From Nitrospirota bacterium (GTDB taxonomy: Bacteria > Nitrospirota > UBA9217): a stretch of 64,000 bases of DNA. Position 1 is the first letter of the stretch. Each line of letters opens with the position of its first letter. This document shows positions 1 to 10,823 of the stretch, one piece after another. The notes under the pieces were generated by a model. That model worked only from the letters and a program-made list of their open reading frames with translations. It was not told where the DNA came from and did no database searches. The stretch lies in assembly GCA_021814615.1 (NCBI GenBank), contig JAKAHZ010000004.1:6246-70245 (forward strand), given 5' to 3'. The position numbers were made by a program, and so were the translations under genes.

Positions 1-1973
1 GCGGCCATGGGGATCCGAGCACTTGGACGATCACCGATCCGAACGGCGATGCGATCACGCCGACGCTGGTCGCTTACGGCTCCAGCTCGCAGCGGATCGC
101 GTTCTTCACTCCCACCGCCGCAGGCAAGTATACGGTTTCCGAGGGATCCAACTCCCTGTCGGTCTATGCAGGCTTTTTTGTCGGCGCGATCTCCGGCGGG
201 GCCGAGGACGGAAAGGGCAATCCTTCGGTCGTTGCCGACGGAGGCTGCATGATCTGCCATGACGATGCGACGGCGCCCGACGAATTCACGCCGTGGAAAG
301 GCACGCTCCACTCCAACTTCTTCGCCCGCGGCCTGAACGGCATCACCTCGAACAATAGCGCCTGCGTATCCTGCCATACGGTCGGTTATGACGAGTCGGC
401 GGCCGCGAAGGATGACGGCGGCTATTACAGCAAGCTGACGAACACCGCCACCAATCCCAACAAATGGCAGTATCCGGCCACGCGCAAGGCCGGCAACTGG
501 GCGGCAATGTGGGATCCCGCAACGGGAGCTCCGCAGGTCGCGCGGATGACCAATATCCAGTGCGAGAGCTGTCACGGACCGAACAACAGCGATGCGCATC
601 AGACGGCCCAGAATCCGACCAGTTCCTCGGCTTTCCGCGTCAGCTACGCCGCTGAAGTCTGCGCGGTCTGCCATGCCTCGGGCACGGGCCATCACCTCTA
701 CTCGGAATGGCAGACGCTGAATCCCGACGAGAAGGACCCCGATGCTGTCGGCAGCACCAGCGAATTCGGCATGGGCCATTCGAACCGGCGCGCGGCGGTC
801 AGCATGGGCGCGGGCAGCAACTCCTGCAGGCGCTGCCATGCCGGCCAGGGCTTCCCGAACTTCCTCACGCAGCTGAACGACGGTTTCATCGGGAATCTCG
901 GAACCGATACGGTAAATCCCATCACGATCGACTGGGATGCGTCGAATGTGGAGCCCATCACCTGCACGGCCTGCCACGATCCGCATGACGCGACGAACCC
1001 GAACCAGTTGCGCGTCTACGGCACCACGCCGCTGCTTCCCTCGGGTTTTGCCGCTGTGGGCCTGGGCAAGGGCGCGCTCTGCATCACCTGCCACAACAGC
1101 AGGAACGGCGCCCAGAGCAGCAGCAACGTCAATACCTATCTGCACGAAGACAGCCAGCCCACGAATACGGGCCTGATGAACTACAACAAGGGCAATCCGA
1201 CGAGCTATAGCGCGCCGCATACCGCTTGCCAGGGCGACGTGTTCATGGGCCGGAACGCCTACTTCCAGGGCGCGGGAAACCTGCCCAAGCTCTCGAAACA
1301 TTCGTCCGTGGAGGATGCCTGCGTGGGATGCCATATGAAACTGAATCCCCAGACACACCTCTCCCATGGCGCTCCGGAAGTGAGCTCCCATGTCTTTTAC
1401 ATCACCAACGCGGACGCGCCGAAGCTCTGCGCGAACTGCCATAGCTCGAATGTGAACGGCGAAGCTCTCCAGGCGGGGGTGGAAGCCGCGCTCGAGGCGC
1501 TTAATACGCAGATGGGCAAGAACGTCCTGTCCAAGGCCACGAATACCGTTCTTAACGTCATTGCATGGGATCCGGCGTCGGATGCCTATTCCAGCGCAAC
1601 CGGCACGAACGGGCAGGTCGCCTTCAACCTCGACCTGACAACGGGCGTGAACAGCATGACCACGGCGTCGCTCTTCGAGATTCACGGACAGATCGGTTTT
1701 ATGGTCACGCTGACGAACCCGGTCACCATGGTCATGACGAACGGATCGACCAAATCACTCTCGACCTTCGGCATCCAGATGGGCAACCTGAAATCAGCGG
1801 CTACGGCAAGCTTCCCGGTTCTCTATAACAATAAGGCCGGCAGCCCCATGGTCAAGGCGGGATGGAACTACTTCCTGATCGAGGGAGACAAGAGCAAAGG
1901 CGTTCATAATCCCAGCTTCGTCCAGGGAGTGCTGAACAGCACGATCAGCATGGTCACGAGCACGAATAACTAA
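1..1973 (+). CDS. Multiheme c-type cytochrome, 5'-partial (paralog of the 2091..4799 gene)
   Basis: Frame 3 is open from position 3 with no stop. Its N-terminal part (TWTITDPNG...GKYTVSEG...PDEFTPWKGTLHSNFFARGLNGITSNN) aligns with the internal region of the downstream 902-aa paralog. About 8 CxxCH motifs (CVSCH, CESCH, CAVCH, CRRCH, CTACH, CITCH, CVGCH, CANCH). Confidence 0.85.
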   Translation, partial: GHGDPSTWTITDPNGDAITPTLVAYGSSSQRIAFFTPTAAGKYTVSEGSNSLSVYAGFFVGAISGGAEDGKGNPSVVADGGCMICHDDATAPDEFTPWKGTLHSNFFARGLNGITSNNSACVSCHTVGYDESAAAKDDGGYYSKLTNTATNPNKWQYPATRKAGNWAAMWDPATGAPQVARMTNIQCESCHGPNNSDAHQTAQNPTSSSAFRVSYAAEVCAVCHASGTGHHLYSEWQTLNPDEKDPDAVGSTSEFGMGHSNRRAAVSMGAGSNSCRRCHAGQGFPNFLTQLNDGFIGNLGTDTVNPITIDWDASNVEPITCTACHDPHDATNPNQLRVYGTTPLLPSGFAAVGLGKGALCITCHNSRNGAQSSSNVNTYLHEDSQPTNTGLMNYNKGNPTSYSAPHTACQGDVFMGRNAYFQGAGNLPKLSKHSSVEDACVGCHMKLNPQTHLSHGAPEVSSHVFYITNADAPKLCANCHSSNVNGEALQAGVEAALEALNTQMGKNVLSKATNTVLNVIAWDPASDAYSSATGTNGQVAFNLDLTTGVNSMTTASLFEIHGQIGFMVTLTNPVTMVMTNGSTKSLSTFGIQMGNLKSAATASFPVLYNNKAGSPMVKAGWNYFLIEGDKSKGVHNPSFVQGVLNSTISMVTSTNN

Positions 1974-2090
1974 ACCACGGCAACGAGAGGCCTGTCTTGG
2001 AAGAGACAGCCCTCTTCGAGCTGAAGGTCACAGGTGATCCTCGCGCGCTGACCCGGCGAGGAAACAAAGATAAAGGAGGAAGAACCTGTC

Positions 2091-4799
2091 ATGAGGAAAC
2101 GACATGGAACAGTAGCAATAGGTTTGATCAGTCTGGTACTGCTGGTTTCTCTAATGGCTCTCGGAGGTTGTAAAGGGGACACCGGTTCGGCCGGGAATAC
2201 GAACGGAACGATCAGCGGTGTCGTGACGTCGGCAACGGGAACGGCGCTGCTGGCAGGGGTAACGGTTACGGCGGTAACGAGCGGCACTACGGCGACCACC
2301 GATTCGTCGGGCGCCTACAGTATGTCGGTGCCCGCCGGCACCTATCAGCTGTCCTTCGCGTTGTCCTCCTATACCTCCGGCAGCGCCACTGCCTACGTGG
2401 CTGCCGGAACGACGACGACGATCAATGTGACCATGGCGCAGGCGGCGAGCGGCAAGCCGACCGTCACAATCGCCGTGGCGAACAACAATATCGGATTCGG
2501 CAACTCGATCGACGTGACCGCTTCCGCGACCGACCCGAACGGCGACACGATCAGTTATGTCTGGACCAACGCCACCGGTTCCGGCACGTTGGCAACAGCC
2601 GTGACGCCGACACTCGGCAAGGCCTTGGGCGGCATGGCGGCTCCATCGAACGATCCGGGCGGATACATCACGGCCTACAAGGTCGAAGATCGTTTCGGCA
2701 TCCTGCCTTTGACGTCTGACACGCGCGGTACGCTGACGGTAACGGTGAAAGCCGATGACGGCAAGGGCCAGTCCTCGACCGCATCGGTGGCTATCAATGC
2801 CGCCGGATTCCAGGGCGGCGTGAAATCCGTGGCGCTCGGGGTTCCCGTCTATGTGAACAGCGGCCATGCTGATCCCAGCACCTGGACGATCACCGATCCG
2901 AACGGCGCTTCCGTAACGGCTACGCTTGTGTCCTACGGCACGAACTCGCAGCGCATCGCGGGCTTTACCCCGACTGTGGCAGGCAAATATGTCGTTGCCG
3001 AGGGCGCGAACTCGATGAATATCTATGCGGGGACCTACGCCGGCGCGATCTCCGGCGGTACCGAGGACAGCAAGGGCAACCCGTCGGTTGTCGCAAATTC
3101 CGATTGCACGGGTTGCCACAATGATACGACGGCTCCCGACGAATTCACGCCGTGGAAGGGAACGTTGCATTCCAATTTCTTCGCACGCGGCTTGAATGGC
3201 ATTACGTCGAACAACGGCACCTGCCTGACCTGCCACACGGTCGGTTACGACACCGCCCCGGCATCGCTCGCAGACGGCGGCTACTACAGCAAACTGACGA
3301 ACACGACAACGAACCCGAACAACTGGCAGTATCCTGCCACGCGCAAGCAGGGCAACTGGGCGACCATGTGGTCGACCACCGCCGGCGCGCCGCAGGTCGC
3401 CGCAATGACGAACATCCAGTGCGAGAGCTGTCATGGACCGAACAATGACGATGCTCACAAGACGTCAAGCACGACGCGCGACCGAGTGAACTTCAGCGCC
3501 GAAGTCTGCGCTGTGTGCCACGCTTCAGGCACGGGCCATCACATCTACTCGGAGTGGCTGTCCGGCGGGGCAGACGAGGAGCCTATGCACGCCAACCTCG
3601 AACTTGCCCTCGAAGAAGGCCTGATCTCGAACAGCTCGAGCACGTCGTACACGTCCTGCGCGCGCTGTCATTCCGCCCAGGGCTATTCGCTGTATTCCGA
3701 CATGCTGAATGCTGGAAACATAGGAGGTATCAGGAATGACAACCGGTTCTGGGACGCGTCTACTGTCGAGCCCCAGACCTGCACTGCCTGCCATGACCCG
3801 CATGATGCAACGAATCCGAATCAGCTTCGGCAGTATAATAACATCGCACTGCTGCCTTCCGGTTTCGGCATATCGGGCTTTGGCAAGGGTGCAATGTGCG
3901 CCTCCTGTCACAATACGCGGAACGGTACGATCAGCAACAATGCCGACTTCGTCGGTCTGAGCATGGCGATCCTGCACGAGGATGCCGATGCCGCGCATCC
4001 GACCAGCATGCCGAAGACTGACGGAACATTCTCGAACAACTTCTCCGTGGGTACGCCACATGCCCCCACGCAGACGGATATTTATGCAGGACGGAACGCG
4101 TTCTTCATGGGCTATGGCAACCTGCCGATGCTTTCGAAACATGCCAATGTCGAGGACACCTGCGTCGGCTGCCATATGAAGCTGAACCCGCAGACCCATC
4201 TTTCACACGGCGCGCCGGAAACGAGCGGCCACGTGATGTTCATCGCTGAAGAGGATGCCTCAAAGGTCTGCGCCAACTGCCATAGCGCGAATGTGGGTGC
4301 CGAGGGCATCATTGCGAACTACGCAGCTGCGCGCGACAACCTGGCGTCGGCCATGGCGAACGCTCTGGCGACCCGTATCTCTTCGTCGATCAACGCGGGC
4401 GCTGCGTACGTGGTGATGACGGACCTGGCCACGGGAAGCTCTACGACGCGCATCACTATCCCGAGCACGAATCCGGTTGTTTCGAGCACTTTCGGCATTT
4501 ACAGCAGCAGGCCTTATGCCGTGCTTAACCTGACGAGCGCAATTACCGCGACCTATGGTTCCGGCGCATCGGCCTATTCGAAGACATCGAACAGCGTTGC
4601 CGTACGGTACGACAACTTCTTCGCGTCGGCGAATGTGGGAAGCAAAACGACGAATTACTCGACCAACAGCGACGGCAACATGGTCAAGGCAATGTGGAAC
4701 TTCATGCTGGCGGACCGCGACAAGAGCAAGGGCATTCACAACCCGAGCTTCGTTTTCGGCGTTCTGAGCAAAACGGCTGCGCAGGACCTTTCAAAGTAA
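2091..4799 (+). CDS. Large lipoprotein multiheme c-type cytochrome (N-terminal CarboxypepD_reg-like beta-sandwich repeats, ~9 CxxCH)
   Basis: RBS aaggagg lies upstream. Lipoprotein signal MRKRHGTVAIGLISLVLLVSLMALGGC. Thr/Gly-rich Ig-like / carboxypeptidase-regulatory-like repeats precede the heme domain. Heme motifs: CTGCH, CLTCH, CESCH, CAVCH, CARCH, CTACH, CASCH, CVGCH, CANCH. Confidence 0.85.
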   Translation: MRKRHGTVAIGLISLVLLVSLMALGGCKGDTGSAGNTNGTISGVVTSATGTALLAGVTVTAVTSGTTATTDSSGAYSMSVPAGTYQLSFALSSYTSGSATAYVAAGTTTTINVTMAQAASGKPTVTIAVANNNIGFGNSIDVTASATDPNGDTISYVWTNATGSGTLATAVTPTLGKALGGMAAPSNDPGGYITAYKVEDRFGILPLTSDTRGTLTVTVKADDGKGQSSTASVAINAAGFQGGVKSVALGVPVYVNSGHADPSTWTITDPNGASVTATLVSYGTNSQRIAGFTPTVAGKYVVAEGANSMNIYAGTYAGAISGGTEDSKGNPSVVANSDCTGCHNDTTAPDEFTPWKGTLHSNFFARGLNGITSNNGTCLTCHTVGYDTAPASLADGGYYSKLTNTTTNPNNWQYPATRKQGNWATMWSTTAGAPQVAAMTNIQCESCHGPNNDDAHKTSSTTRDRVNFSAEVCAVCHASGTGHHIYSEWLSGGADEEPMHANLELALEEGLISNSSSTSYTSCARCHSAQGYSLYSDMLNAGNIGGIRNDNRFWDASTVEPQTCTACHDPHDATNPNQLRQYNNIALLPSGFGISGFGKGAMCASCHNTRNGTISNNADFVGLSMAILHEDADAAHPTSMPKTDGTFSNNFSVGTPHAPTQTDIYAGRNAFFMGYGNLPMLSKHANVEDTCVGCHMKLNPQTHLSHGAPETSGHVMFIAEEDASKVCANCHSANVGAEGIIANYAAARDNLASAMANALATRISSSINAGAAYVVMTDLATGSSTTRITIPSTNPVVSSTFGIYSSRPYAVLNLTSAITATYGSGASAYSKTSNSVAVRYDNFFASANVGSKTTNYSTNSDGNMVKAMWNFMLADRDKSKGIHNPSFVFGVLSKTAAQDLSK

Positions 4800-4815
4800 C
4801 ATAGAGGTGCAATCG

Positions 4816-4847
4816 GAAGGACATGCCCTGCATGGGCATGTCCTTCC
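4816..4847 (+). other. Perfect 14-bp stem / 4-nt loop hairpin immediately downstream of the cytochrome gene stop
   Basis: ggaaggacatgccc-tgca-gggcatgtccttcc. No following T-tract. Confidence 0.6.
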
Positions 4848-4955
4848 GTCTCCTTCCGGGGAACGTTTGTAACGGATCCCCCGAAGGTGAAAGGCAGCGG
4901 GATACCTTCCCGCGCATGAAGAACCACTATCGATTTACGGAAAGGAGGCGGCCAC

Positions 4956-6623
4956 TTGAAAGGAATCACGTTGTTATCCCTACGAAGCGGTCCCTTGAGC
5001 GGAACTATCGTTACAGCTCTGTACGTGGTCCTTTCGGTCGTCCTTATGCTGCCGGCGCGTTCGCTGGCTGCGAGCCTTGAGGGCGAATCGAACACCTACG
5101 TGATGTCACGCGAGACCGCGGACAAGACCAAACTGCTCCCGGTTTATGAGTACCTGAATTTTTCTATCCAGAACCTGGGCGATGAATCATTGTCTGCGAA
5201 CGTCGGCGGCTGGTTCCGTTATGATACCAAAGCAGTGGACAACGAAAGCAACCGGGACAATGACCTGCAGTACGCTTATCTGAGCTACAAGAAGAGCGGA
5301 ACCACGGTGAATGTGGGCCGCGTCATGGTCTTCGAAGGCGTGGCTGCGGAACGCGTGGACGGCGCATATGGCCGCACCGATCTCGGCCGCGGTTTCGGCG
5401 TATCGGCGTTCGGCGGCTCCGCGGTCGCAACCGGCCAGACGGGCACGGCCAACACGATCTACGGCGGACGCCTGACCCATCAGATAGCAGGCCTCTATAC
5501 GATCGGATTTTCCTACCTGAAGGAAGATACCTACCCGAACAACCAGCCCGGCGCAAGCAGCGCGACCTTCCGGGAAGAGGAGGGGATCGATCTCTGGGTG
5601 CGGCCGGTCGCCAAGGTGGAGTTGATGGGCCGGTCGAATTACAATGCCGGGACCAAGGGGTGGATGGAGCATACCTATTATCTTGTGCTGGGACCCTTCG
5701 CCAACCTCCGGTTGAACACCGAAGCATCGTGGATCAACTACGAGGACTATTTTTCTTCATCCACGCTCAGTGTTTTCCAGTTCCAGGCAGGCGGGCCTAT
5801 CGATCCGAAGGAAAAAGCCTCGATTCTGGGAGAAGAGGCGGTCTACGGAATCGGCGACAAATGGACTGTCTCTGCTGACTACAAGAGGTACGGCTATGAT
5901 ATCGCCGGGAACGCCAACTATTACGGCGCGAAGGTGAATTACAGCTACGGAAGTGCGGGAGGTTCGGGACTGTCGGTCCATAGAATGGACGGGGTCAGCG
6001 ATCGTCTTCGGTACGATGAGTACCGTCTCTTCACCTACCGGAAGCTGCACAAGTGGGATCTCGCTCTGGATCTCATCGATGTGAAATATGACCAGAAGAT
6101 CAACGACGTGACGAATGCCTATTCAGCATCGGCTGCCGTCGGATACGAGCTTACGGAAAGCCTGAAGGTGGGCGCCGATGTGGAGTATGCGAAGAATCCC
6201 GATTTCGACAAGGATGTCCGCCTCTTCGTGAAGGCTATCTATGCTTTCGATACGGCCAAGAAACACCCGGCCACGGAGCAGGAAAAGCCTGCGCCAGCAG
6301 CGGATGCGCCGAAGCCGGCAGCACCGGCTGAGGCGCCAAAACCGGCGGCTGAACCGGCCGCGGCCCCCGCGCCGGCAGCACCGGCTGAGGCGCCAAAACC
6401 GGCGGCTGAACCGGCAGCGGCCCCCGCACCGGCTGCGCCGGCGGAAGCTCCCAAACCGGCGGCTGAACCGGCAGCGGCCCCCGCACCGGCTGCGCCGGCG
6501 GAAGCTCCCAAACCCGCGGTTGAACCTGCCGCAGCTCCCGCGCCGGCTGCTGATCCTGCAGCACCGGCAACAGCTCCGGCAGGCGCCGGCGGAGAGACCA
6601 CGCAGAAGGAGGGCGCACAATAA
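4956..6623 (+). CDS. Outer-membrane beta-barrel (porin-like) protein with C-terminal Ala/Pro-rich tandem-repeat tail; candidate porin of a porin-cytochrome conduit
   Basis: Signal peptide present. Alternating amphipathic beta-strand pattern rich in Y/G/N/D/T. Aromatic strand end ...KAIYAF is followed by ~130 aa of AAPAEAPKPAAEPAAAPAP repeats. The stop overlaps the start of the next gene (TAATG). Confidence 0.6.
   Translation: MKGITLLSLRSGPLSGTIVTALYVVLSVVLMLPARSLAASLEGESNTYVMSRETADKTKLLPVYEYLNFSIQNLGDESLSANVGGWFRYDTKAVDNESNRDNDLQYAYLSYKKSGTTVNVGRVMVFEGVAAERVDGAYGRTDLGRGFGVSAFGGSAVATGQTGTANTIYGGRLTHQIAGLYTIGFSYLKEDTYPNNQPGASSATFREEEGIDLWVRPVAKVELMGRSNYNAGTKGWMEHTYYLVLGPFANLRLNTEASWINYEDYFSSSTLSVFQFQAGGPIDPKEKASILGEEAVYGIGDKWTVSADYKRYGYDIAGNANYYGAKVNYSYGSAGGSGLSVHRMDGVSDRLRYDEYRLFTYRKLHKWDLALDLIDVKYDQKINDVTNAYSASAAVGYELTESLKVGADVEYAKNPDFDKDVRLFVKAIYAFDTAKKHPATEQEKPAPAADAPKPAAPAEAPKPAAEPAAAPAPAAPAEAPKPAAEPAAAPAPAAPAEAPKPAAEPAAAPAPAAPAEAPKPAVEPAAAPAPAADPAAPATAPAGAGGETTQKEGAQ
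6318..6545 (+). repeat. 4 x 57-nt tandem repeat encoding the 19-aa unit AAPAEAPKPAAEPAAAPAP
   Basis: Units begin at 6318, 6375, 6432 and 6489. Units 1-2 and 3-4 differ by synonymous substitutions, so the protein sequence is conserved. Confidence 0.85.
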
Positions 6624-7066
6624 TGAAGAAGCTCATCTTTACGCTGCTGTTGCTGGCGAGCCTTCCTTTGCTGATAATCGTTCAGTATGCAAACGCCCAG
6701 AGCTATACGGGAGGAAAGCATCCCGTCGAAGTCTCCGCGCCGCCCATGTGCAGCCAGTGTCATTCCGACGGCAGGGCTTCCATGGACCATACGAGCGATT
6801 TTGGATCCAAACGGCATAAGTTCTATGCTGGACAGGACAGCCGGGCATGTGCTGCCTGTCACCGCGATGCTTTTTGCTCCGATTGTCATGCTCATAAGGA
6901 AGAGCTGAAGCCGAGCGACAAGTACCGTGACGCGCCGGAGCGGACGCTTCCTCATCGAGGCGATTATCTGAACCAGCATAAGATCGACGGCAGGATCAAT
7001 CCTACGTCATGCTACCCGTGCCATGGCCGTCAGAATAATGAGAGGTGCCGAGTATGCCACAAATAA
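6623..7066 (+). CDS. Periplasmic pentaheme c-type cytochrome
   Basis: Sec signal MKKLIFTLLLLASLPLLIIVQYANA. Five CxxCH motifs (CSQCH, CAACH, CSDCH, CYPCH, CRVCH). Translationally coupled to the upstream beta-barrel gene. Confidence 0.8.
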   Translation: MKKLIFTLLLLASLPLLIIVQYANAQSYTGGKHPVEVSAPPMCSQCHSDGRASMDHTSDFGSKRHKFYAGQDSRACAACHRDAFCSDCHAHKEELKPSDKYRDAPERTLPHRGDYLNQHKIDGRINPTSCYPCHGRQNNERCRVCHK

Positions 7067-7803
7067 CGAGAAGCGCGCTTCTGACGATGCTCCTCTGCGC
7101 GGGGCTGTTGGCGGTCATCGGCTGCGGGACGGCGAACGATAAGGCGACATTTGACAGCGACAAGGGCCATGAGACGGGCTGGCTGCCCGCAAAGCATGCC
7201 GAGGCGGCAAAGGCCGACTACGCCGCATGCGCGGAATGCCATGGCGAGCAGTACGACGGCGGCCAATCCAAGGTCTCATGCACGGCGTGCCATTTGGGCG
7301 GCCCTACGTCGGCTCATCCCGAGGACTGGACCGGAAATGCAGCGCAGAATCACGCTCCCTATGCAAAGGAAAACGGCATTGCTTCCTGCGCTGCCCAGTA
7401 TTGCCACGGCACGCAGTACGAAGGCGTGGCTGAGAGCGGCCCTGCCTGCATATCGTGCCACATGGGCGGACCGGAGTCCATGCATCCGAAGGACTGGGGA
7501 AACTACACGTACGTGAAGCATGCTTTAACCGTAACCTATGCCGGATCGGATACGTCCAAGTGTGCGAATGCAAACTGCCACGGAAGCGATCTGACCGGCG
7601 TAAAGGGGAGCGGACCCTCTTGTACGAGCTGTCATCTGGGCGGCGCTTTCAGCGTGCACCCGGAAAGCTGGAAAGCCAACTTGTCCGAGCATAAGGCCTA
7701 TGTAGCGAACAACGGCTCGCTGACATGCTCCAATGCCGTGTGTCATGGCACCCAATTGCAGGGTGTTGCCGGAAGCGGACCTGCCTGCACTACCTGCCAT
7801 TAA
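7045..7803 (+). CDS. Lipoprotein multiheme c-type cytochrome with mixed CxxCH and CX4CH heme motifs (triplicated ~60-aa module)
   Basis: Lipobox LLAVIGCG. Motifs CAECH, CTACH, CAAQYCH, CISCH, CANANCH, CTSCH, CSNAVCH, CTTCH. The module CxxCHLGGP..HPEDW/ESW...CX4CHGTQ..GVA.SGP.C.SCH recurs three times. Confidence 0.8.
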   Translation: MPSMPQITRSALLTMLLCAGLLAVIGCGTANDKATFDSDKGHETGWLPAKHAEAAKADYAACAECHGEQYDGGQSKVSCTACHLGGPTSAHPEDWTGNAAQNHAPYAKENGIASCAAQYCHGTQYEGVAESGPACISCHMGGPESMHPKDWGNYTYVKHALTVTYAGSDTSKCANANCHGSDLTGVKGSGPSCTSCHLGGAFSVHPESWKANLSEHKAYVANNGSLTCSNAVCHGTQLQGVAGSGPACTTCH

Positions 7804-7825
7804 GCAGGGTCTGCATGCATTGATG

Positions 7826-7865
7826 CAAAAAGGGAGAATGGCTTTTGCCATTCTCCCTTTTTTTG
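7826..7865. terminator. Bidirectional rho-independent terminator between the convergent cytochrome gene and argB
   Basis: Hairpin gggagaatggc-tttt-gccattctccc is flanked by an A-run on one side and a T-run on the other. Confidence 0.7.
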
Positions 7866-7895
7866 TTGCAGAAAAACAGGCCGTAAGAGCCGCTG

Positions 7896-8780
7896 TTATG
7901 CCAGCGTGATCTCGGTGCCGATGCCTTCGCGGGTGAAGATCTCGAGCAGCAGGGCATGGGGAATCCGCCCATCGATGATATGAACTTTGGCGCATCCTGC
8001 CTCAAGCGCGTCGAAACAGGATTTTGTCTTGGGCAGCATGCCGCCGCTGACCGTCCCCGTCTTGATCATGTGCTCGACCTTTTGCTTGTTGAGCGAAGGG
8101 ATCAGGTTCTTTGCGTTGTCCAGGATGCCGACCTGGTCAGTGAGCAGGATCAATTTTTCTGCGCGGAGCGCTCCGGCGACCGCTCCTGCCACCAGATCTG
8201 CGTTTATATTATACGTCTCCCCGTGCTCGCCGACGCCCACAGGCGCGATGACGGGGATAAAACCGCCTTCGTCGAGGGCCGTGAGCGCGCCCGGCCGGAT
8301 CTCCGTCACCTCGCCGACGAGTCCGATATCGATGATCTCGGTGGCGCCCGTTTCCTCGGAGGTCTTCTTCATCGTGAGTTTCTTGGCCTGGATGAGGCCT
8401 CCGTCCTTGCCGGTGAGACCCACGGCAGTGCCTCCCGAACGGTTGATCAGGTTCACAATCTCCTTGTTCACCTTGCCGCCGAGTACCATTTCCACGATGT
8501 CCATGGTCTCCTTGTCGGTGACCCGCTGGCCGGAGATGAAAGTAGGCTTCTTGCCCATGCGCTCCATCGTTTTGCCGATCTGGGGTCCGCCGCCATGGAC
8601 AATGACCGGATTTATGCCGATGTAGCGCAGGAGGACCACATCCTGGGCGAATCCGGCCTTCAGCGCTTCATCGATCATCGCATTTCCGCCGTACTTGATC
8701 ACGAAGGTCTTGCCGCGAAAGGTCTGGATATAGGGGAGCGCTTCGATCAGGGTTCTGGCTTTTTCGATAAGTTCTTCCAT
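7896..8780 (-). CDS. argB: Acetylglutamate kinase
   Basis: Translation has the VIKYGGNAM and GGGPQIG signatures of the amino-acid kinase family. Length 294 aa. Confidence 0.9.
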   Translation of the reverse strand: MEELIEKARTLIEALPYIQTFRGKTFVIKYGGNAMIDEALKAGFAQDVVLLRYIGINPVIVHGGGPQIGKTMERMGKKPTFISGQRVTDKETMDIVEMVLGGKVNKEIVNLINRSGGTAVGLTGKDGGLIQAKKLTMKKTSEETGATEIIDIGLVGEVTEIRPGALTALDEGGFIPVIAPVGVGEHGETYNINADLVAGAVAGALRAEKLILLTDQVGILDNAKNLIPSLNKQKVEHMIKTGTVSGGMLPKTKSCFDALEAGCAKVHIIDGRIPHALLLEIFTREGIGTEITLA

Positions 8781-8835
8781 AGGGTTCTCCGGAAACGATG
8801 TCCGGGCTTTGTGTCCTCGGATTGCCGCGCCGTTC

Positions 8836-10179
<1,344 letters not shown>

Positions 10180-10263
10180 AGATAGTGTCCTGGAAGTGAG
10201 GAGGGTCGGGCCGGAAGGACCCAGGGCGCGGCTGTGTCAAAACGTTGTTACCCAGCCTTCGGA

Positions 10264-10800
10264 TTACAATTCCTCGATCGAAATCTCCCTGTTGGTGTAG
10301 ATGCATATGTCTGCGGCGATCTTCATCGCCTCCCCGACGATGCTGCGGGCATCCAGTGTCGTGTGTTCCGAAAGCGCGCGCGCCGCTGCCAGGGCATAGG
10401 CGCCGCCCGAGCCGATGGCTGCGATGCCGTTCTCCGGCTCAATGACATCGCCGTTGCCGGAGAGGACGAAGGAACGCTCGGCATCGGCGACGATCATGAG
10501 CGCCTCGAGCCGGCGCAGGACTTTATCGGTTCGCCAGTCCTTCGCCAGTTCGACTGCCGACCGCGTCAGATTGCCGCGGTATTGTTCGAGTTTGGCCTCG
10601 AACTTCTCGAAGAGCGTAAAGGCGTCGGCGGTGGCCCCGGCAAAGCCCGCCAGGATCCGTTCGTTGTACAGTCTCCGGATCTTGACCGCGTTATGCTTCA
10701 TCACCGTAGCTCCGACGGTCACTTGACCGTCGCCGCCGATGGCGGTCCTTCCGTTCTTCCTGACGCAGAGGATCGTGGTTGCGTGAGGTGCGGCGTGCAT
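10264..10800 (-). CDS. hslV: ATP-dependent protease subunit HslV (ClpQ-like, with short N-terminal extension before the catalytic Thr)
   Basis: ...[12 protein letters not shown]...GDGQVT..G...KIRR matches HslV. The HATTI context resembles B. subtilis ClpQ/CodW. The exact start (M1, M5 or M10) is uncertain. Confidence 0.8.
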   Translation of the reverse strand: MHAAPHATTILCVRKNGRTAIGGDGQVTVGATVMKHNAVKIRRLYNERILAGFAGATADAFTLFEKFEAKLEQYRGNLTRSAVELAKDWRTDKVLRRLEALMIVADAERSFVLSGNGDVIEPENGIAAIGSGGAYALAAARALSEHTTLDARSIVGEAMKIAADICIYTNREISIEEL

Positions 10801-10823
10801 GGCGGCAGGGTCCATGGCCAAGA

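Noticed and set aside
2151-3458. 435-aa minus-strand ORF
   Set aside because: Antisense to the well-supported 902-aa cytochrome gene. Arg-rich low-complexity translation.
6239-6979. 246-aa minus-strand and 192-aa plus-strand ORFs over the Ala/Pro repeat
   Set aside because: Alternative frames of a GC-rich tandem repeat. The plus frame 4956..6623 is continuous with the barrel domain and coupled to the next gene.
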